Shown here: positions 16,714 to 26,703 of the stretch, one piece after another | How the letters are laid out: every line of letters begins with the position of its first letter | How positions within the stretch are numbered: position 1 is the first letter of the stretch | Assembly: GCA_021158725.1 (NCBI GenBank) | Contig: JAGGUB010000044.1 | Location: 3,722-67,721 of the forward strand | Reading direction: 5' to 3' | DNA length: 64,000 bases | DNA from: a candidate division WOR-3 bacterium | GTDB taxonomy: Bacteria; Hydrothermota; UBA3073; NMUJ01 | The notes under the pieces: generated by a model | What the model saw: the letters and a program-made list of their open reading frames with translations, nothing else | The model's database searches: none | What the model was told of the DNA's origin: nothing | Program-made: the position numbers and the translations under genes

Positions 16714-18300
16714 ATGGAACGTAAACCCATCATCCCACTACGTGAAGATGTTATCCACAAAATAGCTGCCGGTGAGGTGATTGAGCGTCCCGCTTCATGT
16801 GTTAAGGAGTTGGTCGAAAATTCAATAGATGCAGAAGCTACACATATTACAGTACGTGTGAAGGGTGGTGGTATAGATTTTATCGAAGTAATAGATAACG
16901 GGTATGGTATACCAGCCGATCAGGTAGAGCTGGCGATTGAACCACATACTACCAGCAAAATAAATGATATAAGTGATCTGGATAACCTCACATCACTCGG
17001 CTTCCGTGGTGAAGCGCTTGCCAGCATACGTAGGGTAGCGGATATGGAGATAATCACACGTGCACGTGAAGAACCCATAGGTACATACTTGCGGGTGGAT
17101 AACACCCGTATTGTCGATAAACGTCAAATAGCCCGTAACGTAGGTACAACTGTAAAGGTTTATCGGCTTTTCGAACGTATACCTGCAAGACGTAAATTCC
17201 TGAAATCCAAGCGCACAGAGTTTAGCCACATACTGGATAAAATCTACAACTATGCGATCGCATACCCTGAAATAGGGTTTAAACTTGTGCACGATGATGA
17301 AGTGGTGCTCGACCTCATGGCGGATGAGCTTGAGGCACGGTTGACAAACCTATTAGGTGAGGAATTCATGTCACACCTGGAGTCGTTCGAGGTCTCTGCA
17401 CCTAATATACTTGTTTGGGGTTACGTATCACGACCGGAGATGCTGGACACACATCCGGAAGAGTTCATATTTGTCAACCGCCGCCCGGTTAGAAGTCACA
17501 TCATACGTAAAGCTGTACAGGATGCGTATGGGTTAGATGATAAATCCAAACACCCATCATTCGTGATATTCATAGAGTTAGACCCCACCATGATCGATGT
17601 AAACATACACCCACGTAAGGATGAGGTACGATTCAGTGATGAGCGATCCCTTTACAACTTTATTGTTGACGGTATACGCAATAAGTTACGTATAAAGTTG
17701 GTGAAAGGGTTCGCTCGTCCAGCAGCTACTGGTGAGGAGGAGCTCACACTCGAAGGTACCAGGTTCTGGCAACTACATAACTCGTATATATTTGCACAAA
17801 CAAAACAGGGGCTCATCATAGTGGACCAACATGCAGCCCACGAACGGATAATATACGAACAGTTACTCAAAAGTAAGCCAACCTCACGGCGGTTAATGTT
17901 CCCTGTAGTGGCTAACCTTACACCACGTGAATATGAGGTATATAAAGCAACGAATGATCTGCTTACAAAGTTTGGCTTCGATATAGAGGAGTTCGGTCAC
18001 CACACCGTTAAGATAACAGCTGTACCTGGAGCGTTTGAAGATTTCGATACCCGCACATTCAAGGAGATGTTGTTAGAACTCGATAAAGAAGGTAAACTTA
18101 AGCGTGACATCGAAATCGTTGGCAAAACCATCGCATGTAAGGCAGCAACTAAGGCCAAACAGGAGCTAACTTCTGAGGAGATGAATGCGCTCATCGATCG
18201 CCTATTTGCAACACAGAATCCTTTCTTCTGTCCACATGGTAGGCCCACCTTGATACGGATAACACTTAAAGAGTTGGCAAAACGGTTCGCACGTCGATGA
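16714..18300 (+). CDS. mutL: DNA mismatch repair protein MutL (endonuclease-type)
   Basis: I set the start at ATG 16714 (MERKPIIPLREDVIHKIAAGEVIERPASCVKELVENSIDA). The track's 16651 start lies inside tRNA-Gly. The C-terminal DQHAAHERIIYE endonuclease motif and FFCPHGRPT are present. Confidence 0.9.
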   Translation: MERKPIIPLREDVIHKIAAGEVIERPASCVKELVENSIDAEATHITVRVKGGGIDFIEVIDNGYGIPADQVELAIEPHTTSKINDISDLDNLTSLGFRGEALASIRRVADMEIITRAREEPIGTYLRVDNTRIVDKRQIARNVGTTVKVYRLFERIPARRKFLKSKRTEFSHILDKIYNYAIAYPEIGFKLVHDDEVVLDLMADELEARLTNLLGEEFMSHLESFEVSAPNILVWGYVSRPEMLDTHPEEFIFVNRRPVRSHIIRKAVQDAYGLDDKSKHPSFVIFIELDPTMIDVNIHPRKDEVRFSDERSLYNFIVDGIRNKLRIKLVKGFARPAATGEEELTLEGTRFWQLHNSYIFAQTKQGLIIVDQHAAHERIIYEQLLKSKPTSRRLMFPVVANLTPREYEVYKATNDLLTKFGFDIEEFGHHTVKITAVPGAFEDFDTRTFKEMLLELDKEGKLKRDIEIVGKTIACKAATKAKQELTSEEMNALIDRLFATQNPFFCPHGRPTLIRITLKELAKRFARR

Positions 18301-18344
18301 CCAATAAGTGATTGACAAACCATCTTTAACCCTAAATTTGGTAA

Positions 18345-19967
18345 GTGAGACTCGACACCCCATACAAAAGGGTACGTGATATGCTCAAGAATCGGATAAG
18401 TGATAAGGATTCATACCCCGTAGTGGGTGCACTCGTAGACAATCAGCTCACAGGGTTAGATGAGCTGATACGTACAGATGCAAAGGTTGAACCCGTGACA
18501 ATTATATCACCAGAAGGTAAACGCATATTTGAACGCAGCCTGGCGTTTCTCCTACATATAGTGGTGAATAAGCTCATACCAAAAGGGGTATTGAAGGTCA
18601 AATACGCATATGGTGAAGCTATATACTGTGAAATCGATGGTATGAAGGTAGACGATGAGCTACTGAATCGGATTAAACGTGAGCTCAACGCCATTATCAA
18701 ACACAATAAACCGATCGAACGTATCAACCTCACAAAAGAAGAGGCGATCGCATTACTTAGAGTTAGCCATCGTTATGATCAGATCAAACTTATCAAGTAT
18801 TTGCCGTTCCAAATGATACCACTATACAAGTGTATGGATTGTTACTCTTACTTCTATGAACCGCTTGTACCAAGTACTGGCTATCTCAAGGTATACGAGC
18901 TCAGAAAATATGGACCCGGTTTTTTGATAATACCACCGGATGCATCTAATCCTTATAGATTAGCAACTGTTGGTGAACAACCGAAGCTATTCAAAGCGTT
19001 TGCCAACGCCAAAGAAGAAGCTGAGATATTGAAAGTCGAAACCGTAGGTGAGCTAAACGAAGTGATCGCCTCGGGCAAGATATCAGATTTCATAAAAGTA
19101 CAGGAAGCGTTACATGAACGTAGGTTGATAGAGATTGCAGATATGATCACAAAGAATAGGGATAGGATCAAACTCGTACTCGTGGCAGGACCCTCTTCTT
19201 CGGGTAAGACCACATTTTCGAAACTACTTTATGTACACCTAATGGCTAACGGGGTAAAACCTGTCACAGTATCGCTGGACGACTATTTCGTCGACCGTGA
19301 TAAGACGCCACTCGATGAGGAAGGTAACCCAGATTATGACTGTATCGAAGCAGTCGACGTAAAGCTATTCAATACGCAGCTTCAAAAGCTGTTAAACAAT
19401 GAGACGGTGGAACTACCGAAGTTCGACTTCCGTATCGGCAAACGTCGTCCCTCTGGTAGATACGTGAAACTCGACAAAGGTACATTACTTATTGTTGAAG
19501 GTATGCATGCACTCAACCCAATAATTGCTGCTGATGTATCAGAACATATGAAGTTGAAGATCTACGTAAGTGCACTCACACAGATAAACATGGATAACAC
19601 TACACGGTTATCGACACGTGATACACGGTTATTGCGTAGGTTAGTACGTGATAACCTATTCCGTGGACATACTGCATTGCAAACACTTAGGTTATGGCCA
19701 TCCGTGGTACGAGGCGAAGAACGCTATGTGTTCCCGTTCCAGGAGAAGGCTGATGTAATGTTCAACTCAGCTTCACTATATGAGCTGGCAGTATTGAAAG
19801 GTTACGCTGAACCTATCCTACGTGGTATCGATAGCAGTCAACCCGAGTACAAAGATGCGATCCGATTATTAGCATTTTTGTCACATTTCATGGGTATAAT
19901 GCCAGATGAGATACCCCCAACTTCTATTATACGTGAGTTCATAGGAGGTAGTAGCTTCCGATACTGA
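18345..19967 (+). CDS. Uridine/nucleoside kinase-family P-loop protein with ThrRS-like N-terminal extension
   Basis: 540 aa. LVLVAGPSSSGKTTFSKLL Walker A followed by a PRK/uridine-kinase-like core (VSLDDYF, LIVEGMHALNP). The N-terminal ~250 aa resemble TGS/second-additional-domain regions. The start is uncertain (GTG 18345 or ATG 18381). Confidence 0.7.
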   Translation: MRLDTPYKRVRDMLKNRISDKDSYPVVGALVDNQLTGLDELIRTDAKVEPVTIISPEGKRIFERSLAFLLHIVVNKLIPKGVLKVKYAYGEAIYCEIDGMKVDDELLNRIKRELNAIIKHNKPIERINLTKEEAIALLRVSHRYDQIKLIKYLPFQMIPLYKCMDCYSYFYEPLVPSTGYLKVYELRKYGPGFLIIPPDASNPYRLATVGEQPKLFKAFANAKEEAEILKVETVGELNEVIASGKISDFIKVQEALHERRLIEIADMITKNRDRIKLVLVAGPSSSGKTTFSKLLYVHLMANGVKPVTVSLDDYFVDRDKTPLDEEGNPDYDCIEAVDVKLFNTQLQKLLNNETVELPKFDFRIGKRRPSGRYVKLDKGTLLIVEGMHALNPIIAADVSEHMKLKIYVSALTQINMDNTTRLSTRDTRLLRRLVRDNLFRGHTALQTLRLWPSVVRGEERYVFPFQEKADVMFNSASLYELAVLKGYAEPILRGIDSSQPEYKDAIRLLAFLSHFMGIMPDEIPPTSIIREFIGGSSFRY

Positions 19968-19971
19968 TGCT

Positions 19972-21426
19972 GTGATGCATTTATCAATAATAGATGCAAC
20001 AGTGTTGGTGGTTTACTTCCTTGTGATCGCGACATTGGGTTATTCCCTTGGCCGCAAAGAGAAGGACATCGATGGCTTCTTTGTCGCCAACCGTCGCATG
20101 CCATGGGGTGCAGTATGTTTATCCATACTGGCGACAGAGGCAAGTGCACTCACATTTATCGGTGTACCAGCAGATGCATACAGAGCTAACTACACATATC
20201 TACAGTTTGCGTTTGGTTCACTTGTAGGGAGATTACTCATCGCATACCTGTTGATGCCAGCCTTCTACCGTGGTAAGGTGATAACGGTGTATCAATACCT
20301 TTATCAAAGGTTTGGCGCAGCTACCCGTAACACAGCCACCCTACTGTTTTTTGTCACGAGGTTGCTGGCCAGCGGGGTACGATTGTTGGCAGCCTCTATC
20401 GCTGTGTCCGTGGTTACGGGTTGGCCACTAATGTGGGCAATCGTTCTAATGGCCTGTATTGCTATGCTCTACACGATGTTTGGTGGTATCAAAGCAGTAA
20501 TATGGACAGACGTCATCCAAATAATAGTGTTTTTGGGTGGTGCATGGTTGGTGATATATTACCTCCTATCTAATATACCAGGTGGCTGGCAAACTGTCAC
20601 CACTATAGCAGGTAAGTTGGGTAAGTTCAAAGTGTTCGACTTACGGCCAGCATTCGACAACCCACGCTGGTTGGTTGCAGGTGTAGTTAATGGATGTTTC
20701 CAAACATTTGCTGCACTTGGTACAGATCAGGATCTCACTCAACGGATGCTCACATGCCGACACGTACGTGATAGCCAGCGTGCACTTATTATGACCGGTA
20801 TCATCGATTTCCCTGTAGTTGTAACGTTTTTGATGATCGGCACATTACTATATGTGTTTTACCAGAAATTCCCGGATCCTGGGTTACCAGCCAATACAGA
20901 CCATATCTTCCCATATTTCATAGTGACACAGTTACCGGTTGGTATGCGTGGATTACTGATAGCGGCCGTATTTGCAGCCGCCATGTCGAGCCTCGATTCA
21001 GCACTTGGTGCACTCACCTCCAGCGCTATAGTGGATGTATATCAACCCTATATCAAGAAACATGCATCCGAACGTCATTATCTAATGGTCTCACGTATCA
21101 CAGTGATCATATTCTGCTTGATACTCATCGGTATCGCTATGATGTGTCGCAATGTGGAGCAAATATTATGGTTGGGGTTCAAGATAGGTGTATTCACATA
21201 TGGTGCATTATTGGGTGTATTTCTACTGGGTGTGCTCGTAAAACGTGGTTCCGACATCGGTAATATGATCGCGATGTTATCGAGCATAGTGATAGTATCG
21301 ATCTTATTTGTATCACAACAACGTATAGGGGTGGCATGGCCATGGCTGATAGTTATAGGTGCGGTTTGGACGTTTGCTGTGGGATTACTGTTTAAACCCA
21401 AACATAGAGTAACCCACAATGCTTAA
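19972..21426 (+). CDS. Sodium:solute symporter family transporter
   Basis: 484 aa, about 12-13 hydrophobic segments. N-terminal FFVANRRMPWGAVCLSILATEASALTFIGVPADAY is typical of SSF. Confidence 0.8.
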   Translation: MMHLSIIDATVLVVYFLVIATLGYSLGRKEKDIDGFFVANRRMPWGAVCLSILATEASALTFIGVPADAYRANYTYLQFAFGSLVGRLLIAYLLMPAFYRGKVITVYQYLYQRFGAATRNTATLLFFVTRLLASGVRLLAASIAVSVVTGWPLMWAIVLMACIAMLYTMFGGIKAVIWTDVIQIIVFLGGAWLVIYYLLSNIPGGWQTVTTIAGKLGKFKVFDLRPAFDNPRWLVAGVVNGCFQTFAALGTDQDLTQRMLTCRHVRDSQRALIMTGIIDFPVVVTFLMIGTLLYVFYQKFPDPGLPANTDHIFPYFIVTQLPVGMRGLLIAAVFAAAMSSLDSALGALTSSAIVDVYQPYIKKHASERHYLMVSRITVIIFCLILIGIAMMCRNVEQILWLGFKIGVFTYGALLGVFLLGVLVKRGSDIGNMIAMLSSIVIVSILFVSQQRIGVAWPWLIVIGAVWTFAVGLLFKPKHRVTHNA

Positions 21427-21475
21427 CGTATTAATACCCTTGATATGGTGTATTCTAAGCGTAACCGGAGGTAAC

Positions 21476-22651
21476 ATGCATAAGGTACCAAAAGTTAAGC
21501 TGGGTATCGATGTGCTACTCGAGGAGAAGCTTGACCTGATTCGTGGCAAACGGGTTGGCTTGATAGCAAACCAAACGAGTGTCAACAGCAAGCTTGAGTC
21601 AACTATCGACCTGCTTTACCGACACCCTGATGTGGAGCTGGTGGCACTGTTTGCACCCGAACACGGTATAAGGGGTGAACTACCAGCAGGTACAAAGGTT
21701 AGGGATTACATAGACGAAATCACGGGGTTACCCGTCTACAGCCTATATGGTGATAGGATGAAACCCACAAAGGAGATGTTAAAAAATATAGATATCTTGA
21801 TATTTGATATACAGGATGTGGGCTCACGTGCGTACACATATGTGTACACGATGGAGCTTGCAATGGAGGCAGCACATGATGCTGGTATAGAGTTTATGGT
21901 ACTCGATAGACCTAACCCGCTTGGTGGCATAAATGTTGAAGGTACGTTACCGGAGATACGTGATGATAGGTTCCCTGCATATAATGTGTTGCCCATTGTC
22001 CATGGCATGACTATTGGTGAGCTTGCACTCTACTTTAACGATGTGCTCAACATAGGGGTGAAACTCATCGTGGTACCGATGAAAGGATGGTCCCGCGATA
22101 TGCTGTGGGAAGATACGGGATTAGAATGGGTATTAACCTCACCCCATATCCCTACACCTGATGCGGCACTCTGTTACGCAGGTACGGGGTTGTTGGGTGA
22201 AATCAAAAACCTGAGCGAAGGTGTGGGTTACACTAAGCCGTTCGAGATAGTCGGTGCACCCTGGATAGATGCAACCTCATTGGCAGATGAACTCAACTCA
22301 CGTAACCTACCCGGCGTATATTTTAGACCAATACACTACAAACCTTTTTATTTCCGTTATGTAGGTGAAGTGTGTGAGGGTGTGGAGCTACACCTTACAG
22401 ATAAACATGCATTCAAACCCGTAGCCACCGCTATACATATACTTGAGGCAATCAACAAACTTTATCGAGGGAGATTGGACTTTGAACATTCGCCGGGCTT
22501 CAACTGGGCAGTAGGTGGTACATACTTAGTGGATGCGATAATGGCAGGTAAATCTGCCTCTGAGATATTGAAAGAATGGTATGCATTACCTGAAGCACGC
22601 GAGAGGTTAGCAACCTTCATGCGATTAAGGGAACGCTATTTACTTTATTAG
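21476..22651 (+). CDS. DUF1343 family protein (NamZ-type exo-beta-N-acetylmuramidase family)
   Basis: KLGIDVLLEE...RVGLIANQTSV...ALFAPEHGIRG...IFDIQDVGSRAYTY...VLDRPNP. I prefer ATG 21476, preceded by GGAGGT, to the track's 21419. Confidence 0.8.
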   Translation: MHKVPKVKLGIDVLLEEKLDLIRGKRVGLIANQTSVNSKLESTIDLLYRHPDVELVALFAPEHGIRGELPAGTKVRDYIDEITGLPVYSLYGDRMKPTKEMLKNIDILIFDIQDVGSRAYTYVYTMELAMEAAHDAGIEFMVLDRPNPLGGINVEGTLPEIRDDRFPAYNVLPIVHGMTIGELALYFNDVLNIGVKLIVVPMKGWSRDMLWEDTGLEWVLTSPHIPTPDAALCYAGTGLLGEIKNLSEGVGYTKPFEIVGAPWIDATSLADELNSRNLPGVYFRPIHYKPFYFRYVGEVCEGVELHLTDKHAFKPVATAIHILEAINKLYRGRLDFEHSPGFNWAVGGTYLVDAIMAGKSASEILKEWYALPEARERLATFMRLRERYLLY

Positions 22652-22737
22652 TTATCTGAAGGCATCGCTTCGAATGTGAATGAGGTTGACGATTGACATT
22701 TTATCCGTAAGCATAAAATTGATGAAAAGGAGGCGAC

Positions 22738-22980
22738 ATGACACGCGACGAGATCAAGCAGAAGGTAGTGGATATTATCATCGAGAAGTTAGGGGTTGAC
22801 CCAAGTGCAGTAACTGAGGATGCACATTTCATAAAAGATCTGGGAGCTGACTCACTGGATACGGTTGAGCTGCTGATGGGTGTGGAGGAGACATTCAATA
22901 TCGAGATACCAGACGAAGAAGCTGGTAAGCTTGAAACCGTGGGCAAGGTTATAGATTATCTTGCCCAGAAGCTCTCCTAA
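22738..22980 (+). CDS. acpP: Acyl carrier protein
   Basis: 80 aa. DLGADSLDTVELLMGVEETF with the phosphopantetheine Ser. AAAGGAGG SD. Confidence 0.95.
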   Translation: MTRDEIKQKVVDIIIEKLGVDPSAVTEDAHFIKDLGADSLDTVELLMGVEETFNIEIPDEEAGKLETVGKVIDYLAQKLS

Positions 22981-22987
22981 AGGTACA

Positions 22988-24223
22988 GTGAGACGTGTAG
23001 TTGTCACAGGATTAGGTGTTGTCACACCCATAGGTAACGATGTACGTACTTATTGGCAGAATTTACTTGCAGGTAAGAATGGTGTAGGTTATATCACCAG
23101 GTTTGATGCATCCAATTTTAGCGTGAAGATAGCAGCTGAGGTACGCAATTTCGAGCCCCCCTCTATCATATCACCCAAGGAGTTACGTCGTATGGATCTA
23201 TTTAACGTTTTCGCAATACAAGCAGCTAAGGAAGCGATAGAAGATGCTCAGCTGAACATGGCAACCGAAGACCCGTATAGGGTGGGTGTATTGGTCTCAT
23301 CCGGTATAGGGGGGTTAGAGTTATGGGAGAAACAGCATATGCGGTTGCTGGAATCGCCCAGTAAGGTCAGCCCATTCTTCATACCGATGATGATCGTAAA
23401 TGTAGCCAGTGGCGACGTAGCCATCAGATGGGGGATGAAGGGACCCAACTACAGTATTGTATCAGCATGCGCATCGTCTGCACATGCGATCGGTGAAGCA
23501 TTTGAGCTCATCAAACGTGGTGATGCCGATGTTATGATTGCTGGCGGTGCAGAAGCACCAGTAACTCCATTATCTATAGCGGGGTTTGCCAACATGAAGG
23601 CACTCTCCACACGCAATGATGCACCCGAAAAGGCATCTCGACCATTTGATAAGTATCGTGATGGGTTTGTTGTAGGTGAAGGTGCAGGCATACTGGTGTT
23701 GGAAGAGCTCGATCATGCACGTCGTAGAGGTGCAAAAATCTATGCCGAAATCAAAGGCTATGCAGCGACTGCAGATGCGTACCATGTCACTGCACCAGAT
23801 CCTACCGCCGAAAGTCAATCCTACGCAATAAAGATGGCACTCCATAAGGCAGGGGTGAAACCTGATGAGATCGACTACATAAATGCACATGGTACATCTA
23901 CACCACTGAACGATAAAATAGAGACTATAGCGATCAAAAAGGCGCTCGGTGATCACGCATATAAGGTAGCGATATCATCCACAAAGTCGATGATCGGCCA
24001 TCTACTTGGTGCAGCAGGTGCAGTCGAACTCATTGCCACCATATTGAGTGTCAAAGAAGATAAGGTACATCCAACGATCAACTTGGAAGAACCCGATCCT
24101 GAATGTGACCTCGATTATGTACCCGATGGTACACGTGATATGAAGGTACGATATGCGATTTCGAATTCGTTTGGCTTTGGTGGTCATAATGCGGTTATAC
24201 TGGTGAGCAAATATGAGGGATAG
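22988..24223 (+). CDS. fabF: 3-oxoacyl-ACP synthase II
   Basis: RRVVVTGLGVVTPIG start (GTG 22988 preferred over the track's 22961, which overlaps acpP). Active-site ACASS, HGTSTP, GHLLGAAG, GFGGHN. Confidence 0.92.
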   Translation: MRRVVVTGLGVVTPIGNDVRTYWQNLLAGKNGVGYITRFDASNFSVKIAAEVRNFEPPSIISPKELRRMDLFNVFAIQAAKEAIEDAQLNMATEDPYRVGVLVSSGIGGLELWEKQHMRLLESPSKVSPFFIPMMIVNVASGDVAIRWGMKGPNYSIVSACASSAHAIGEAFELIKRGDADVMIAGGAEAPVTPLSIAGFANMKALSTRNDAPEKASRPFDKYRDGFVVGEGAGILVLEELDHARRRGAKIYAEIKGYAATADAYHVTAPDPTAESQSYAIKMALHKAGVKPDEIDYINAHGTSTPLNDKIETIAIKKALGDHAYKVAISSTKSMIGHLLGAAGAVELIATILSVKEDKVHPTINLEEPDPECDLDYVPDGTRDMKVRYAISNSFGFGGHNAVILVSKYEG

Positions 24224-24225
24224 CG

Positions 24226-24810
24226 ATGTTAGCTGCTGAAGTAGCATTACCACCACCGCGGTTGGAAAGCGAGTTTGCACTCGAACGTGCAATATATGAG
24301 CGACGCTCAATACGTGAATTCACCTCAGACATGTTAACACTCGAACAGATAGGACAACTGCTGTGGGCAGCCCAGGGTATAACTGATACTGTGCGAGGGT
24401 TCCGTGCAGCACCATCTGCAGGTGCTACGTATCCGCTTGTATTGTATATCGTGATACCGGATGGCATCTTCCGATACATGCCAGAGGAACACAAATTAGT
24501 ACGTATAAGGGAAGGTGACCATCGGTTAGCACTTGCACGTGCAGCATTGAACCAACCCTGGGTTAGTAGTGCTGCCATATCTATAGTTATAACTGCAAGG
24601 TTCGAACGTACCACACGCAGGTACGGTGAACGTGGCATCCGTTACGTTTATATGGAAGCAGGCCATGCTGCACAGAATATACTCCTACAGGCGGTAGCGT
24701 TGGGGTTGGGTTCTGTCCCAATAGGTGCGTTTTATGATGACGAGGTACAAAAGGTGATCACCTGCAAAGAAGCCCCTATCTACATAGTGTCTGTTGGCCA
24801 CCCGAGGTGA
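24226..24810 (+). CDS. SagB/ThcOx-type nitroreductase-family dehydrogenase
   Basis: 194 aa. RRSIREFTSDMLTLEQIGQLLWAAQGIT...RAAPSAGATYPL...YMEAGHAAQNILLQAVALGLG. Confidence 0.75.
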   Translation: MLAAEVALPPPRLESEFALERAIYERRSIREFTSDMLTLEQIGQLLWAAQGITDTVRGFRAAPSAGATYPLVLYIVIPDGIFRYMPEEHKLVRIREGDHRLALARAALNQPWVSSAAISIVITARFERTTRRYGERGIRYVYMEAGHAAQNILLQAVALGLGSVPIGAFYDDEVQKVITCKEAPIYIVSVGHPR

Positions 24811-25694
24811 CCGTGCCCCCTATAGTTGTTGAGACTAATCTACCGTATCCATTATATAAGCGTGGTAAGGTGCGTGATGTTTATAGGTTTGGTGAGGATA
24901 AGTTGCTTATCGTAGCTACCGACCGTATTTCGGCATTTGACCATGTATTACCTACACCCATACCTCATAAGGGTGAAATTTTGACCCAATTGACGATATT
25001 CTGGTTCAACTTCTTAGAAGATGTGATGCCCAACCACCACGTGAAGATGGCGCTACACTCCCTTCCACCAGAGTATCGGTTACGGACAATGCTTGTTAAA
25101 AAAGCTGTACCCATACCTGTGGAGTTCATAGTACGTGGCTACCTCACAGGTGCTGCATGGAACGAATATGTACAAACCGGTACAGTATGGGGGATGAAGT
25201 TACCATCAGGTTTACGTGAAGCCGATAAGCTCGAACGTCCAATCTTCACACCCACACTTAAGGCAACTGTTGGGCATGATGAGCCAATCTCCTTTGCAAC
25301 ACTGGCGGAGATGATAGGTTGGGAAAATGCCGAATATTTGCGTGAGAAGAGTATCGAAATTTATGAGAAAGCACATCAATACGCATACGAGCGCGGTATC
25401 ATAATAGCGGATATGAAGTTAGAATTTGGCTGGATAGATGGTGAACTCGTAATCATAGATGAAGTGTTGACACCAGATTCGTCACGTTTCTGGGCACGCG
25501 ATGAATACGAGCCTGGCAAACCACAGGTAAGTTTTGACAAACAATTTGTACGTGATTATCTCACAACAGTATGGGATAAAAACTCTGCACCACCTGAATT
25601 ACCCGAAGAGATAGTTAAGCAGACCTATCAAAAATATGTTGAAGCTTACAATAGACTTACGGGTAGGGATTTTAGTAAGATCGTGTCACAATAA
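24807..25694 (+). CDS. purC: Phosphoribosylaminoimidazole-succinocarboxamide synthase
   Basis: 295 aa. LYKRGKVRDVY...LLIVATDRISAFD...ADMKLEFG...DEVLTPDSSRFW. The GTG start overlaps the upstream stop (GTGA). Confidence 0.92.
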   Translation: MTVPPIVVETNLPYPLYKRGKVRDVYRFGEDKLLIVATDRISAFDHVLPTPIPHKGEILTQLTIFWFNFLEDVMPNHHVKMALHSLPPEYRLRTMLVKKAVPIPVEFIVRGYLTGAAWNEYVQTGTVWGMKLPSGLREADKLERPIFTPTLKATVGHDEPISFATLAEMIGWENAEYLREKSIEIYEKAHQYAYERGIIIADMKLEFGWIDGELVIIDEVLTPDSSRFWARDEYEPGKPQVSFDKQFVRDYLTTVWDKNSAPPELPEEIVKQTYQKYVEAYNRLTGRDFSKIVSQ

Positions 25695-26703
25695 ATTCTG
25701 TCAGCTCACGGAAGACAGTCTTTGATTCCTCCATGATCGGCATCTTGTCGATAACCGATAACGCCTGCGAAGTAAGCTCAGCAAGCCGTCTCTCTGTGTA
25801 CTTGCGTGCACCTACATCTTCGAGTAATTGCTTCACTTTGGCCACATCAGCAGCTGTAAGGTTGGGGTTACCCCAATGGTGTTGAAACCATTCCCTATCT
25901 CCAACAGATAAATGGTTAATTGCGTAGATATAAAGTAGTGTGCGTTTACCTTCTTTGATATCAGAATCGACAGGTTTACCTGTCTTGTTGGGGTTACCCC
26001 ATATACCCAGCAGGTCGTCCTTCACCTGATATGCACGTCCAAGGTAAATCGCATATTCCTTATAGCAGGATTTGGTGTGCTCATCCGCACCTGCAAGTAT
26101 TGCACCTATCATTATTGGGGCAAACGTTGTATAGCTTACAGTTTTGAGATCCACCATGTGAAAGTAGTCGGATTCATCCAGTTGCCCCTTTTGCATCAAA
26201 GTAATATCGTATATCTGGCCGAAATAACACTGTGATACTGCAGATAGCCAACATTCCAACGCATGCAGTTTGGTAGACTCCGAGAAACTCGTATCCAGTA
26301 ACGGCTTGATACTCTGTATTAAAAGTAGATCACCACCTACAATTGCTGAACTTACACCAACATGCGTATCACCCAGTAGGGATTCCATCACTTTGTGTAG
26401 GGTGGGGCCACCACGTCGTACGGTGTCACGATCGATGATATCGTCATGGATGAGGAGCGACCCCTCCGTGAATTCAACCATCAACGATGCAGTCACTATA
26501 TCATCGTGCTCCTGGCCGGTGACACCTCGATAGGCTTCTATCAACAGAAACGGTCGTAACCGTTTGCCGCCACGTAGTACGAAATCTTTGAGCGACTGCT
26601 TAAGTGTAGGATCTTCACCTATCCAGTGCTTATCAAGGTATTCACGTAGCTTATTTTCTATGAGATGACGACGCTTGACGAGCAGTGATTGAAATGTCAT
26701 CAA
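25672..26703 (-). CDS. Polyprenyl diphosphate synthase (GGPP/long-chain type)
   Basis: 343 aa. First Asp-rich motif LIHDDIIDRDTVRRG and second motif YQVKDDLLG. Confidence 0.85.
   Translation of the reverse strand: MMTFQSLLVKRRHLIENKLREYLDKHWIGEDPTLKQSLKDFVLRGGKRLRPFLLIEAYRGVTGQEHDDIVTASLMVEFTEGSLLIHDDIIDRDTVRRGGPTLHKVMESLLGDTHVGVSSAIVGGDLLLIQSIKPLLDTSFSESTKLHALECWLSAVSQCYFGQIYDITLMQKGQLDESDYFHMVDLKTVSYTTFAPIMIGAILAGADEHTKSCYKEYAIYLGRAYQVKDDLLGIWGNPNKTGKPVDSDIKEGKRTLLYIYAINHLSVGDREWFQHHWGNPNLTAADVAKVKQLLEDVGARKYTERRLAELTSQALSVIDKMPIMEESKTVFRELTEFIVTRSY

Noticed and set aside
16488-16724. Track ORFs 16488..16673 (-), 16491..16724 (+), and the first 21 codons of ORF 16651..18300
   Set aside because: They lie entirely on the Thr/Tyr/Gly tRNA genes, which fold convincingly. 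The true mutL start is ATG 16714, which matches the conserved MutL N-terminus.
24226-24810. SagB/ThcOx-type dehydrogenase as a marker of a thiazole/oxazole RiPP cluster
   Set aside because: There is no cyclodehydratase (YcaO/C-D), no precursor-peptide-like small ORF and no transporter nearby. The gene is wedged between fabF and purC with 2-nt and 4-nt junctions, so I treat it as a generic nitroreductase-family enzyme.
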